Source of the DNA: a virus
DNA length: 64,000 bases
Direction: 5' to 3' (one strand)
Virus record (IMG/VR): IMGVR_UViG_3300009159_008629
Span: 1-64,000 of that record
The notes beneath the pieces were generated by a model, which saw only the letters and a list, made by a program, of their open reading frames with translations, was not told the DNA's origin and did no database searches. The translations under genes were made by a program, and so were the position numbers. Shown piece by piece: positions 28,165 to 37,639 of this stretch; within the stretch, counting starts at the first letter, position 1, and each line of letters begins with the position of its first letter.

Positions 28165-28734
28165 TTAGCAGCCCAAACATACTGGAGTTGGGTTGGTATC
28201 GCATTTGGCTTGGTATTTAGCCATGTAGTATCGCAGAGTCAACTCCACAGTCGCTTCTTCCGATGAACTGTAATCCAAGTCGCCGAAATTCACGGCGGAT
28301 GGCCAAATGCCGCTCAAAGTCCAGGTTTCAAGTGATTTGCCGCAACCATCATACATGTCGAGCGTGGCGACCCCAGCCCAGCCACCATTTGATCCAGTAC
28401 CTTGAATGGTAGTCTGTTTCATCGAGTCGTCCTGGAAGTTGTAGATGCTGGCGAGCCATCCATAGACGTTGTCAACGCCATCACTGGTGGCTCTAGCCAC
28501 GTCGTAGAAGGTGACGGTAATGGATTCCCAAGAAGCCTTGCCTGGTATCCACATCTTTCCGTGCATGTAGTTGATTTCGGTCTCTTCTATCGTAAGGTTT
28601 GGACGAGAGGCTAGTTTAACATAGCTCTTGCCCAAATTCTTGCCATTCCATTTTAAATCAAAAGTCCATCTGTATTTTCTCTTGAAAACTAAGTTCTTGT
28701 TTACAGCTAGTTCTCCCAAATTCATAGTTGCCAT
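28165..28734 (-). CDS. Tail tube protein (T4 gp19-like)
   Basis: Follows the sheath gene; GKASWESITVTFYD and WPSAVNFGDLDYSS. Confidence 0.85.
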   Translation of the reverse strand: MATMNLGELAVNKNLVFKRKYRWTFDLKWNGKNLGKSYVKLASRPNLTIEETEINYMHGKMWIPGKASWESITVTFYDVARATSDGVDNVYGWLASIYNFQDDSMKQTTIQGTGSNGGWAGVATLDMYDGCGKSLETWTLSGIWPSAVNFGDLDYSSSEEATVELTLRYYMAKYQAKCDTNPTPVCLGC

Positions 28735-28756
28735 ATTAAAATCCTCCCCTCAAAAA

Positions 28757-31153
28757 TTAGAATGCGTTTGTGGATTCAGTAAAGTTGCTACCCGTTCTGT
28801 GGATGCTGAATTCAAGGAATATGAACTCAACCGCTCTGGTCGGGATCACGCCGATCCTTGCCCTTAGCTCGTTTCTGTCAATTACGTCGGAGGTGTTGAG
28901 GACCTCGTCGCACTGGATTTTGTAATCGGTAACGCCACGACCAATCAGAACCTCTTGCATTACCACATCAGCTATCCTGATGAATTCGGCTCTCAGTATT
29001 TCGTCGTGCGGTTCGAAAAGCAGAGCTCTGGATCGAGCCTTGAGCTGTTTTTCGATATAGAACATGAGTCGTCGAACATTGACTCGGTCGAGCGCGGTAG
29101 GTCTTCGCTGCATGGTCTTCTGACCCCATACGCAGAAACCGTCGGTGTCTGCGAACTGGACGATTGGATTGATGCAGTTTCTGTAGCCGTACATCAAGTC
29201 TCGCTCTTCCTGGGTAGGTCGCGCGTAGACGTCGTTGATTCCAGGAACCATGCCACGGTTCAAGCCGGCTGGGGCGAACCAAGGTCGCGCTAGACGGTCG
29301 TTCTGCGCGTACACAGCCATCACTGAGCCGCTGGGAGGAGCCCATACGTCGACCCTGTTGTAGTTGTCACGCAGGCGAACCCACGGCCAGTACAACGCGC
29401 CGAAGTCGCTGTCGAATCTCGTGCTGTTAAGAGGATGCGTACCGTTCTGCCATGCTATGATCTCGTTCACGGTCAGACCGAAAGGAGAATCGATGATCGC
29501 CATGCAGTCCATGCGGAAATTCTGACACATGTAGAGGAGTTCCGTCACCACAGTCGTGCTGGTGTGACCTGGAACCGCGATAAGGTCGATGTCGAACTGT
29601 TCGGATTCGCTGACCGTGTAGATGCCAGTGTATGCGGTGGAATTCCCGATCAGGAGCTCGTCTTGCTTGTCTGGGTCAGAAGGAATGCCGTCAGAGCCGC
29701 CGACAAGGTCGTAGGTGCCGTCCGCCGGTCCAGCCTGGATCGCGGTGTTGTCCTCGATGTTGATGTATTCGGACACCAGGGCGAAGTAGCTGCCGACGTA
29801 GAACGTGCTGGCGTCATTCTTCGTGATGTTGCCCCAAGATTCCACTTGGCTGCCGTTGCTGTAGATCTCAACGTTGAAGGAGCTTTCGCGAGTGTTGTTC
29901 TTGATGACAACCTGCGTCAAGTTGCCTTCGATGCCGACGCTGTCAGCCTTGACGGTGAAGGATACGTCGCCACCCGTGTTCGAGTCGCCGTTTACCCTTC
30001 CGAATGTCTCGATGCCTGTATCGCCGGTTACGCCCGGAGGGGTTTCGCCGATTGCGGTCGCAGAATCGAAGTCGAATATTGCGATCGCGGTAGAGTCGGA
30101 CTTGATCCTCAGTCTGGCGTCACGACCGTGGCTGAGGGTGCTGAACACCAAATTGAAGCCGTCGTCGCCACCCGCGGATGCAACCCATCCGCCAGGAAGA
30201 TCGCCGCCTTCGGATGATCTCTGAGCGTTGATTACGTCCACGATGTCGCCGATGATGTTCATTTGGCTTTCCAAGGAGGAAAGATCGATGGACTGAACGA
30301 CATTGTCGATCAGTACGTTGTCGGTGCCATCCACCACAATATTGAGGTTTAAGCCGGTGACGCTGTTGGGGAATTCGTAGTGACCTGGGGTCTGGTATCC
30401 AACATCCGGAAACTTGTCGAGTCCTCCCATTGTCGAAGCAACTTCCATCGCTTGACCAAAGCCGGTGACGTTGCCGTCCGGTACCGAGCCGCCGTAGATG
30501 GCGTTCTGCACGGATACGAACTCGAGTTCCGCTTCTGGACCGTAAGCCCATAGGGTTCTCACGCTGATGCAGTTCGTGACATTCGCGTAGAATTCGATGC
30601 CGTCGTTCTCGGCGTCTATCTGGTCGTTGAGGGCTGCAACCAGTTCGGCAGTTGTATATGTAGGTCCGCTTGGTAAGGGATTATCCTCGAACACGACCAA
30701 GGTCCTCTCGCTGAGAACACCATTGAGCCTCCAGCGGAAGAAGTGGGTGCCAAGACCGGTGAAGTCATATGGTCCGGGTTCGTCCGATTCGATCTCTATC
30801 ACGGTTCCAGCTGCTGGAACGTCAACTTCGGCTAGGGTCGCCGATTCATCGCTCACTGGGTCAGTGTCGGCTACGCGAATGACGTAAAGTTCGTTGGCGA
30901 TTAGCAGATACTGTTCAGCGGCATATAGAAGATAAGGATCGCCGCTCTGTGGATGTGGGTTTCCGAAAGTCCTATGGAGCTGTCGGCTGGTCGCTATGAT
31001 GGTCGGAATGTTTATCGGACCTTTGCTCGCGAACCCAATGAGAGCAGCTCTGTGGAGAGTTTGCTCGGGAGCGATGAAGCTCAAGTCTTTTTCGGCAATC
31101 CGAACGCTTGGGCTGATTGTGTTTGATGGTGGAAAACCTCTAAGTATCGCCAT
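28757..31153 (-). CDS. Contractile tail sheath protein (T4 gp18-like)
   Basis: SPSVRIAEKDLS, ASKGP, YWPW, PPSG, WFAPAGLNRG, INPI, WGQKT and LDRVNVRRL. Confidence 0.95.
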   Translation of the reverse strand: MAILRGFPPSNTISPSVRIAEKDLSFIAPEQTLHRAALIGFASKGPINIPTIIATSRQLHRTFGNPHPQSGDPYLLYAAEQYLLIANELYVIRVADTDPVSDESATLAEVDVPAAGTVIEIESDEPGPYDFTGLGTHFFRWRLNGVLSERTLVVFEDNPLPSGPTYTTAELVAALNDQIDAENDGIEFYANVTNCISVRTLWAYGPEAELEFVSVQNAIYGGSVPDGNVTGFGQAMEVASTMGGLDKFPDVGYQTPGHYEFPNSVTGLNLNIVVDGTDNVLIDNVVQSIDLSSLESQMNIIGDIVDVINAQRSSEGGDLPGGWVASAGGDDGFNLVFSTLSHGRDARLRIKSDSTAIAIFDFDSATAIGETPPGVTGDTGIETFGRVNGDSNTGGDVSFTVKADSVGIEGNLTQVVIKNNTRESSFNVEIYSNGSQVESWGNITKNDASTFYVGSYFALVSEYINIEDNTAIQAGPADGTYDLVGGSDGIPSDPDKQDELLIGNSTAYTGIYTVSESEQFDIDLIAVPGHTSTTVVTELLYMCQNFRMDCMAIIDSPFGLTVNEIIAWQNGTHPLNSTRFDSDFGALYWPWVRLRDNYNRVDVWAPPSGSVMAVYAQNDRLARPWFAPAGLNRGMVPGINDVYARPTQEERDLMYGYRNCINPIVQFADTDGFCVWGQKTMQRRPTALDRVNVRRLMFYIEKQLKARSRALLFEPHDEILRAEFIRIADVVMQEVLIGRGVTDYKIQCDEVLNTSDVIDRNELRARIGVIPTRAVEFIFLEFSIHRTGSNFTESTNAF

Positions 31154-31157
31154 AGTC

Positions 31158-31385
31158 TTATTCTCCCTTTTTTAGCAAAATATTGTTCGGTAACTGTTTG
31201 ACGGTGATGAGACCGTCATTGGCTGCTCTGTCTATATATTCAGTAGCCCTCTCATCTTCTAAATAAAAAATATTTTTTCCACATCCTATCCCTGGGATGT
31301 TCAACACGGTAAAAGACCGAGGCGCCTTTCTTGACCTTATAATCAGCTGAACTGGAAATCTCTGCTTGTTCTTTATTTCTAACAT
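31158..31385 (-). CDS. Small hypothetical protein
   Basis: Lies between the gp15-like and sheath genes with tight spacing. Confidence 0.65.
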   Translation of the reverse strand: MLEIKNKQRFPVQLIIRSRKAPRSFTVLNIPGIGCGKNIFYLEDERATEYIDRAANDGLITVKQLPNNILLKKGE

Positions 31386-32372
31386 TTAAGTTCCTTTAAG
31401 TTCTTTTACGCTCTCTTCCAATCTCGCCATAACCTGCGTTATCTCTTCCTCTGCCAATCCGTCCACAAGATCGATCCTCGTGCCTAGGACAGCCTTCTTC
31501 CTTGTTATCGGCTGTGGTATGTATGTCTCGGCAGTCATGTTGAATTGGTACTTGATCACTCTTATGGCTTGGTCCCCAGGCTCGTAGTCCTGGTTGTTCG
31601 CTATAGAGTCAAGCTTCACTATGACCTCATAGGGCACGCCTATCACTTTTATATATGCAGTCTGGCTGAATTTTAGAATAATTTGTTCCAGAATTTGGTT
31701 CATGTCCTCCTGGTACATAGTCCACACGTAGAGCGTGTACGTTATGTCTACCGGCAGCCCCCTCGCGAAACCGAAAACGGTATCCCTTTCATATTTTTCG
31801 CTGGACGTGAATCCCGGCTTGCCGTCCAGACCGCGCCTGTAGTCGAGAGCCTTGTGGTAGACGTACCTGTTGGCGTTGAACTGGAGGTCGCTGTCGTGTA
31901 TAGCCAGCATCGGGAGCTTTATCCTGTCGACAACCAAGGTATCGTCCTTTCTCACGTTGTCCATCAGTATCGCGGCGACAGCCCGCTCCTGCGTTCCCCA
32001 TATTATCGGTATGGGATGAGCCTTCCCGTTCTCGTCTATGACGACTATGTCCGTGAAGAGGTCCCTCATGGCGTCGTCGCAGCCCCTCTTGGACTTCGAG
32101 TACCTGTATATCGTGGACCTGTCCGGGTTTGACGGGTCGTTTATTATCTTGCCGGCTTGCATCGGGTCGCAGTTGCCGGAAGATCCCAGTCCGACCTTCT
32201 TGTCGCCGAGATCCTTGATCCAGCTCAGTTCCTCGCTGCCGACGTCCCGGCTGTTCGGTTTCCCGTCATTCCCGCACATCTGTGGTATTGGATCGAGATT
32301 CGGGTTATAATTGATCGGGCTTCTGTCGTTGCACTCATTCAGACCTTTGCCGGGATGATTGATGTCGTTCAT
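31386..32372 (-). CDS. Tail completion / sheath stabiliser (T4 gp15-like)
   Basis: PIIWG..ER, LPM, PVDITYTL and DMNQILEQI; position upstream of the sheath gene; ATACATA at 32389-32395. Confidence 0.75.
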   Translation of the reverse strand: MNDINHPGKGLNECNDRSPINYNPNLDPIPQMCGNDGKPNSRDVGSEELSWIKDLGDKKVGLGSSGNCDPMQAGKIINDPSNPDRSTIYRYSKSKRGCDDAMRDLFTDIVVIDENGKAHPIPIIWGTQERAVAAILMDNVRKDDTLVVDRIKLPMLAIHDSDLQFNANRYVYHKALDYRRGLDGKPGFTSSEKYERDTVFGFARGLPVDITYTLYVWTMYQEDMNQILEQIILKFSQTAYIKVIGVPYEVIVKLDSIANNQDYEPGDQAIRVIKYQFNMTAETYIPQPITRKKAVLGTRIDLVDGLAEEEITQVMARLEESVKELKGT

Positions 32373-32411
32373 TGTTTTTCCTTTTCCTTATGTATGGAGC
32401 ATGGTGGCAAA

Positions 32412-33269
32412 ATGCACGAACCTATTAGAGTAAAATACCGCTATTGGCATCAGGGAAAACCGCCGAAACCAATCAGGCTCCAGATACCCGGGTGGAGCGG
32501 CATCGACAACCAGCACACGAACGGGAGCAAGGCTCAGCCTTGGCACTGCCAGCCTTTCGTGGACGGAAGCACGTACGGTCTCGAGCTTTGCTACCCTTTC
32601 GACACGGAATGCCACATCCAGGTGAGGGACGGCAAGCCGGAGTTCGTCGGGGATTTCGAGGAGGAGAACAAGGTGACGATGCTCCAGAACGTCAAGCTAC
32701 CCCCGTTCTCAAGCTTCGCCGAAGGGCATTTCGGCATGACTTCCTGCCTCGACCTGCAGGTCCCGGACGACATGGTCCTCAGGATCGAGTCGCACCCTAG
32801 GTTCTACACTGACACGACCAACACCGTTCCGTGCGTCGTTCCCGGACATTTGCAGACGTCATGGTGGACTAAGATTTTTTTTGTGGTTTTCAAGAATCCC
32901 GTCGAGGGTCAGAAGTACATATTCAGGAAGGGAGAGCCATACGCCCAAATTCTTGTCCTCCCGAAAAAATGCAGCTATGACGTTGTCGAGATGACCGAGA
33001 ACGAGAAGTTCAAGAGGGGGACCCAGGACAACATCATAGTGGATTTCGCCAGGAACATAGCTGGCAACACATGGGTTTCCGAAGCCGGGCACGAGTTCGA
33101 CGACAAATACAAGAAGCTTTCCACCGTGGCGGCGAAGAACGGATGCCCCTACATGACCAAGCATCTCGAGGACATCAAGAACAAGCCGAAAGTATCAATC
33201 AAGAGGAAACTCCTGAAAAAGAGGAAAGATGAAGATTCCGCCGTACAAGATAAAGAAAAAGACGCATAG
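32412..33269 (+). CDS. DUF6065-like beta-rich protein
   Basis: PWHCQPF...YGLEL..P, G.LQTSWW and FRKGEPYAQI. Confidence 0.5.
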   Translation: MHEPIRVKYRYWHQGKPPKPIRLQIPGWSGIDNQHTNGSKAQPWHCQPFVDGSTYGLELCYPFDTECHIQVRDGKPEFVGDFEEENKVTMLQNVKLPPFSSFAEGHFGMTSCLDLQVPDDMVLRIESHPRFYTDTTNTVPCVVPGHLQTSWWTKIFFVVFKNPVEGQKYIFRKGEPYAQILVLPKKCSYDVVEMTENEKFKRGTQDNIIVDFARNIAGNTWVSEAGHEFDDKYKKLSTVAAKNGCPYMTKHLEDIKNKPKVSIKRKLLKKRKDEDSAVQDKEKDA

Positions 33270-33393
33270 CCTGAAGCCCTTGATATTCCCCGGCAGGGAG
33301 AGGCTCCAGACCCCGAAGATTCCTCTGCGTCTTTTCGTGAACGTCCACGAACCCAACCTCTACGAGTTCTCGGAAATCATCGTTAGGCAGTAG
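33229..33393 (+). CDS. Small basic hypothetical protein (54 aa, not in ORF track)
   Basis: GAGGA RBS; MKIPPYKIKKKTHSLKPLIFP... Confidence 0.4.
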   Translation: MKIPPYKIKKKTHSLKPLIFPGRERLQTPKIPLRLFVNVHEPNLYEFSEIIVRQ

Positions 33394-33877
33394 GTTCGCC
33401 CTGGTTTCCGATGGGAGCCGCGGCAAGCTGTGGCGGTGGTGGAGTTCCCGGCGGAGCGCCGGCGTCAGGAGGAGCCCCCGGTGGAGCTCCCGGTGGAGCG
33501 CCGGCGTCAGGCGGAGCCCCCGCGTCCGCTTCCGGAGGTTTCTCGGCTGGCTTGTCGTCGGACAGGAAAGCCTCTAGTTTATCTCTGTTGAATTTCTTCA
33601 GCATAGGTGATTTCATGGCTGTGTCGATGGCGTCGAGCACCCCTTGGTATGCCTCGTCGCCTGCTGGGTCCTCGAGACCGCTGTCTGGGTCTTTGGAGTT
33701 TGACTGACCGGGATTCTCCGGAGGAGCCTTCTGCGCCTGCTCTGGCGGCACTGATGGCGGTTGACCCGGCGCTTGCGGCTGGGCTGGAGGCTGGTCTTCC
33801 TCGAACACCATCCTCATGTCTCCGTTCAGTATCTTCTCGTTCCTTATCTGCTCCATAAACTCAAAAAAGCTTTTCAT
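33383..33877 (-). CDS. Pro/Gln-rich protein with N-terminal MKSFFEFME motif and GAPP repeats
   Basis: AGGAG RBS before ATG 33877; AGAPPDAGAPPGAPPGAPPDAGAPP. Confidence 0.7.
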   Translation of the reverse strand: MKSFFEFMEQIRNEKILNGDMRMVFEEDQPPAQPQAPGQPPSVPPEQAQKAPPENPGQSNSKDPDSGLEDPAGDEAYQGVLDAIDTAMKSPMLKKFNRDKLEAFLSDDKPAEKPPEADAGAPPDAGAPPGAPPGAPPDAGAPPGTPPPPQLAAAPIGNQGEPTA

Positions 33878-33885
33878 TTTTTCTC

Positions 33886-34425
33886 CTAGACTATCTTGAT
33901 TTTCTGATCCGGTTGCTTCTGGGTGACCGTGCCCTCTCCCGTCGTCACAGATTCCTGGAATCTCTGACATATAAGCTCGAGCCGCAGGGCTCCCCAAAGC
34001 TTGAATTCCCCGAGGTTCCTCTGCACGACGACCCAGTTCTCCCTGAGGTGCGGCGTGAATATCCTGGACCCTATCTTTGGCGGGTGACCTATCGACTTCA
34101 AAGCCGTCCTGTAGTTGACCTCGAACACCATCTCGTCCGGGGAGTCGATGCCGAACTGGGTCAGGGCGTTTTGCGAAGGTATGGGCTCGTAGTTGCACCA
34201 CAGCATGATCGGGTTGTTCGAGAATATCTTGCCCCTGTCCTCAAGGTACAGCGGGTCCACCGTCTGGCTCTGTATGAAGACCTCGTAGTAGTACAGCGGA
34301 GATCCGCCGCGCACCATCGACTCCTGGTCCCACTGGTTGAACAGGTCGTGTTCCGGGGCGCCCGGGTTGTATTGCTGCGTGCTTCCGAGCGTCTTGTAAC
34401 ATGTTCCGTCAAGGTTTCTGAGCAA
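33886..34425 (-). CDS. Neck / head completion protein (T4 gp14-like)
   Basis: VDPLYLED..K.F, LTQFGI..PDE and P..G..I; AAGGAG RBS with TTG start. Confidence 0.7.
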   Translation of the reverse strand: MLRNLDGTCYKTLGSTQQYNPGAPEHDLFNQWDQESMVRGGSPLYYYEVFIQSQTVDPLYLEDRGKIFSNNPIMLWCNYEPIPSQNALTQFGIDSPDEMVFEVNYRTALKSIGHPPKIGSRIFTPHLRENWVVVQRNLGEFKLWGALRLELICQRFQESVTTGEGTVTQKQPDQKIKIV

Positions 34426-34434
34426 AGATTCTCC

Positions 34435-36138
34435 TTATAGTTTCGCGGCTGTCGCTGCTACGTGGGCTGGCGTATTCTTGAGATCTTCGACTAGTTTCGT
34501 GTAAGCCCCAGGCGTATTGCCGTCAAGCTGTCTCACGGTCAAGTCCAAAAGACCAACGAAATTGTTTTGCAGCACTCTTCTGAAAAAAGTCTCGTAGGGA
34601 TGACCAGGTGTTGTGGGGGAATCAGGAAATTCAACGCCATGCTCTCTGTAAAACGTATCTTTGAACAGAGATGTGAGCCATTTGCTCAAGTAGCCGCCTT
34701 TCCCAGCCACTTTGTGCTCAGGTCCGAAAAGCTTGCTTGCCGCGTCTCGAAACATACTTTGGAAAAGTCCTTTTGGGTCGGCAATTTTTTTACCCTTGAA
34801 AGGGGATTGCGAGTTTTGCTCGAATTTTTTAAAATAATCTTCATATAATTGAACTATTGTTGAATATTCGAATCCATCTACGTGTCTCGTTAGTTCTTCC
34901 CTGACTTTCTCTAGCATCGCAATCATGCTTGCCCTTCCGGTATCTGTTTTCATTCCTGTCGCCGTGGCGGCTCCAGAGATGGCGAGATTCATACTTTGTA
35001 TTTTATCGTCGAGAGCTTTCCAATAGTCATTCATTTCTTCTTCGATATTCAATTTCGTACGTCCGAAATCGCCAGCATCGTCTTTTTCGAGAATCCAGTC
35101 TCTCATCCGAATTAATTCCTCTCTAGATCTGGAAGATACGCCTGTTTCTCTCATATGTATTTCTTTTATGTCTTCTGGCGTTGTACTGGACTTGAGGAAA
35201 TCGTTAATTGCTTCAGTATCCTCTAATCTTCCAATTTCCAAGGAAAACCGATCTCCCTGAACATTTTTTTGCGTGCTTTGTGGTATGTTGGCTTCAATGC
35301 CGCTGGCGCTTACATCCGCCACCTTATTTTTCTTTATCACCGCTTTTTTGGCGTTGGGCACAAGTTTACCAAGTCTATTTCTCCAAGTAGACGCCACTCT
35401 TTGTTCGAAGACTCCCCTGTTTCTGCACATTATCACCCCAAGCATCGCAACGTCAAACCATCCGGAGTTGAAATAGTTGAAGATAGCCGAGTTTTGCCCC
35501 TTTTCTGGCTCTTTTTCTCCTTTCCCCCTGTTGATAGCCAATACTTTGGCTCTTTTTTCTGATTCTTTATTCATCCATCCGCCATCCTTGTAGATATGGG
35601 TCATGACTCTTCCTGGATCCCCAGATCGTGACACGTAATGACCTCTTATGATCTGGTCAAATAAGTCTTTGGCAGGAACATCATTATCTTTGTTTTTTAT
35701 TGCAATATCTTTGAGAATACCATGGAAGTCAAAGTCACCAGTCTCGTCGAACTTGTTTTCCCTCATGTACTTTCTGCATTCGTCTTCTATGGTTTCTGGG
35801 GTTATCGGTATCGATTCGCCTCGTATTTCTATTTTTTTTGGCAGTTTGGCATTCCAGTCCTTGAATTCCGGGTGCTCGAGGTTTTTTTCTTTCCCAGTAA
35901 GTTTTCCGCCTATGGACATGTTCCTGACTGATTTTTTTTCGCCACTTGATCTGATGGCGACCGTCTCGGCGTCTTCGCCCTTTTTGTCCTCTATGCCCAG
36001 ATTGATTCTTTTGGCGAACTGAGCTATCCTGAAATTGAACTCTCGATTAAAATCTTCTTTGTAGTCATCCAGTCCATCTAAAATACCTGGGATTAGTCTT
36101 TGGTTTTCGAACAGCCATGTCTTAAAGGAAAATCTCAT
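34435..36138 (-). CDS. Large orphan protein with N-terminal MRFSFKTWLFE motif (AT-rich gene)
   Basis: GAGGTG RBS; ATAGATA at 36158-36164. Confidence 0.75.
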   Translation of the reverse strand: MRFSFKTWLFENQRLIPGILDGLDDYKEDFNREFNFRIAQFAKRINLGIEDKKGEDAETVAIRSSGEKKSVRNMSIGGKLTGKEKNLEHPEFKDWNAKLPKKIEIRGESIPITPETIEDECRKYMRENKFDETGDFDFHGILKDIAIKNKDNDVPAKDLFDQIIRGHYVSRSGDPGRVMTHIYKDGGWMNKESEKRAKVLAINRGKGEKEPEKGQNSAIFNYFNSGWFDVAMLGVIMCRNRGVFEQRVASTWRNRLGKLVPNAKKAVIKKNKVADVSASGIEANIPQSTQKNVQGDRFSLEIGRLEDTEAINDFLKSSTTPEDIKEIHMRETGVSSRSREELIRMRDWILEKDDAGDFGRTKLNIEEEMNDYWKALDDKIQSMNLAISGAATATGMKTDTGRASMIAMLEKVREELTRHVDGFEYSTIVQLYEDYFKKFEQNSQSPFKGKKIADPKGLFQSMFRDAASKLFGPEHKVAGKGGYLSKWLTSLFKDTFYREHGVEFPDSPTTPGHPYETFFRRVLQNNFVGLLDLTVRQLDGNTPGAYTKLVEDLKNTPAHVAATAAKL

Positions 36139-36172
36139 TTTTAACACCTCTTTGATTTATCTATATGCCAAG

Positions 36173-36212
36173 AAAAAAAAATGGGGTAATTTTTTGAAAA
36201 TTACCCCATTTT
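36173..36212 (-). terminator. Intrinsic terminator
   Basis: Perfect 16-bp stem AAAATGGGGTAATTTT-TTG-AAAATTACCCCATTTT followed by a U-tract on the - strand. Confidence 0.8.
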
Positions 36213-36233
36213 GATTTGTTTGTCCTACGCAGA

Positions 36234-36662
36234 TCAATCCAGGCTTATCCTCGGCGATATGGCTATCTGACCGCCGCCGGCGGGCAGTATGAAAGGCGCA
36301 CCGGAGAATCTCTCCAGCCAAAGAAGGGCTGGCGACCCATAGATGGTCGTCACGTAGTAGCCGTATACCGTCACCGCCGTGGTGAAGGTGAATGTCTGTT
36401 CGCTGTATACCGCGGTGGTCGTGCCGGATGTCTGCGTGGTCGTCCAGCTAGATCCCACCAGCGTCACCGGAAGGTAGCCGGAAGCGCCCAGAGCCTCGGT
36501 CACCGTCGACAGCGTGGTGTTTTCGGCTGGTGTTAGGTTGTTCGTGAAAAGACGAAGAAGTCGTTCGCCGTTAGCCGGCGCGGCTGTTCCGTCGGTTGAA
36601 ATCATGTTGACCAAATATTGAAGCATCAGTATTTCGCCGATGTCTGGTACGAGTAAGCTCAT
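36234..36662 (-). CDS. Probable virion structural (tail/fibre-associated) protein
   Basis: Thr-rich; LRLFTNN.TP, VYGYYV and LLWLERF; AAGGAG RBS; CTACATA upstream. Confidence 0.6.
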   Translation of the reverse strand: MSLLVPDIGEILMLQYLVNMISTDGTAAPANGERLLRLFTNNLTPAENTTLSTVTEALGASGYLPVTLVGSSWTTTQTSGTTTAVYSEQTFTFTTAVTVYGYYVTTIYGSPALLWLERFSGAPFILPAGGGQIAISPRISLD

Positions 36663-36769
36663 TTTCGATTCTCCTTGTTTCTGTATTATGTAGAATTAAA
36701 CGGTGAAATTTTTCTCTTTTTTTCGTAAATACCGCACACCTATGAATGAGTTTCGGGAATAAAAATAAA

Positions 36770-37363
36770 ATGACACTAAAAAACAAAGACGGTTCGGTCT
36801 ACAGGCTCCGCAGCCCAAACGCCCTCATGAGGGACCAGACGGTGTGGAACGGATACACCATCCACAACATGAAGTGGGACCCGATCACGCAGGAGAGCAA
36901 GGATGAGGTCATTCCCATGCCCAGCGATTTCTCCGTCAGGGATTCGTTCGTGGAGGAACTGGAATCCAACAAGCCGCCTGCGCACGAGGCAGAACCAAAG
37001 TCTCCCATCGAAAGTCCGAAAGCAGAGGAGAGGAAACAGGATGGCAAAGGCGTCGGTCTCGGGGTCGAGACGACGTTCGTCTGGTGCCTGCCGGCTGTCC
37101 TGAAGAGAAAGAGGGACTCCCTGTACGACGAGGAATACGTCACGGTAAGCTATGGAAACCCGTATTCCTTCGAGGCTGTAATGGTGGAGGAGGGCGACCT
37201 CTCGTTCTCCATGTGGACCACGGCGACGATCGAGAGGGGAAGCGTCGTCTTCCCCAAGACGACGTTCAAGAGGTGGTGGAGGGTCGACGATATAAGGGAG
37301 AAGACTGGCGGATTCCTCTACAGCGGAATGCCTTCCGACTACCAGCCGCACTTCGAGATCTAG
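36770..37363 (+). CDS. Hypothetical protein
   Basis: MTLKNKDGSVYRL; the N-terminus resembles that of the gp14-like gene (MLRNLDGTCYK). Confidence 0.7.
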   Translation: MTLKNKDGSVYRLRSPNALMRDQTVWNGYTIHNMKWDPITQESKDEVIPMPSDFSVRDSFVEELESNKPPAHEAEPKSPIESPKAEERKQDGKGVGLGVETTFVWCLPAVLKRKRDSLYDEEYVTVSYGNPYSFEAVMVEEGDLSFSMWTTATIERGSVVFPKTTFKRWWRVDDIREKTGGFLYSGMPSDYQPHFEI

Positions 37364-37638
37364 GAGTTCGGCGAGGTTATCTTGACTTCGAACCCGAGCT
37401 TGGACAGCTTTTCCCTGTGCTCGTCGACAGCCCTGACGAAACCGACCTCGTAGATTTCCACCATCATGGACACGAAGTCCTTGATGTCCTTGTCGGTCGC
37501 CAGGCTGTGCGACACCCTGTCTATTATCTGCTCATGCTTGGGATACCTTTCCTTGAGTATCTCGAACATGGTCTTCTTGAGCATGTGACCCCTGGGGTTC
37601 GACATGAGGTTGAACCAGCCTTCGTTTGAATCTGCCAA
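37360..37638 (-). CDS. Hypothetical protein
   Basis: AGGAG RBS with TTG start; 92 aa. Confidence 0.65.
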   Translation of the reverse strand: MADSNEGWFNLMSNPRGHMLKKTMFEILKERYPKHEQIIDRVSHSLATDKDIKDFVSMMVEIYEVGFVRAVDEHREKLSKLGFEVKITSPNS

Positions 37639-37639
37639 T

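Noticed and set aside
27572-31153. Sheath and tube genes as an eCIS or tailocin
   Set aside because: Head-neck genes, a late sigma factor and replication genes indicate a complete phage.
33878-34201. Upstream extensions in the ORF track for 33383 (also 41814, 52974, 61380, 23449)
   Set aside because: They overlap neighbouring genes; internal ATGs with an RBS or ATGA coupling are better starts.
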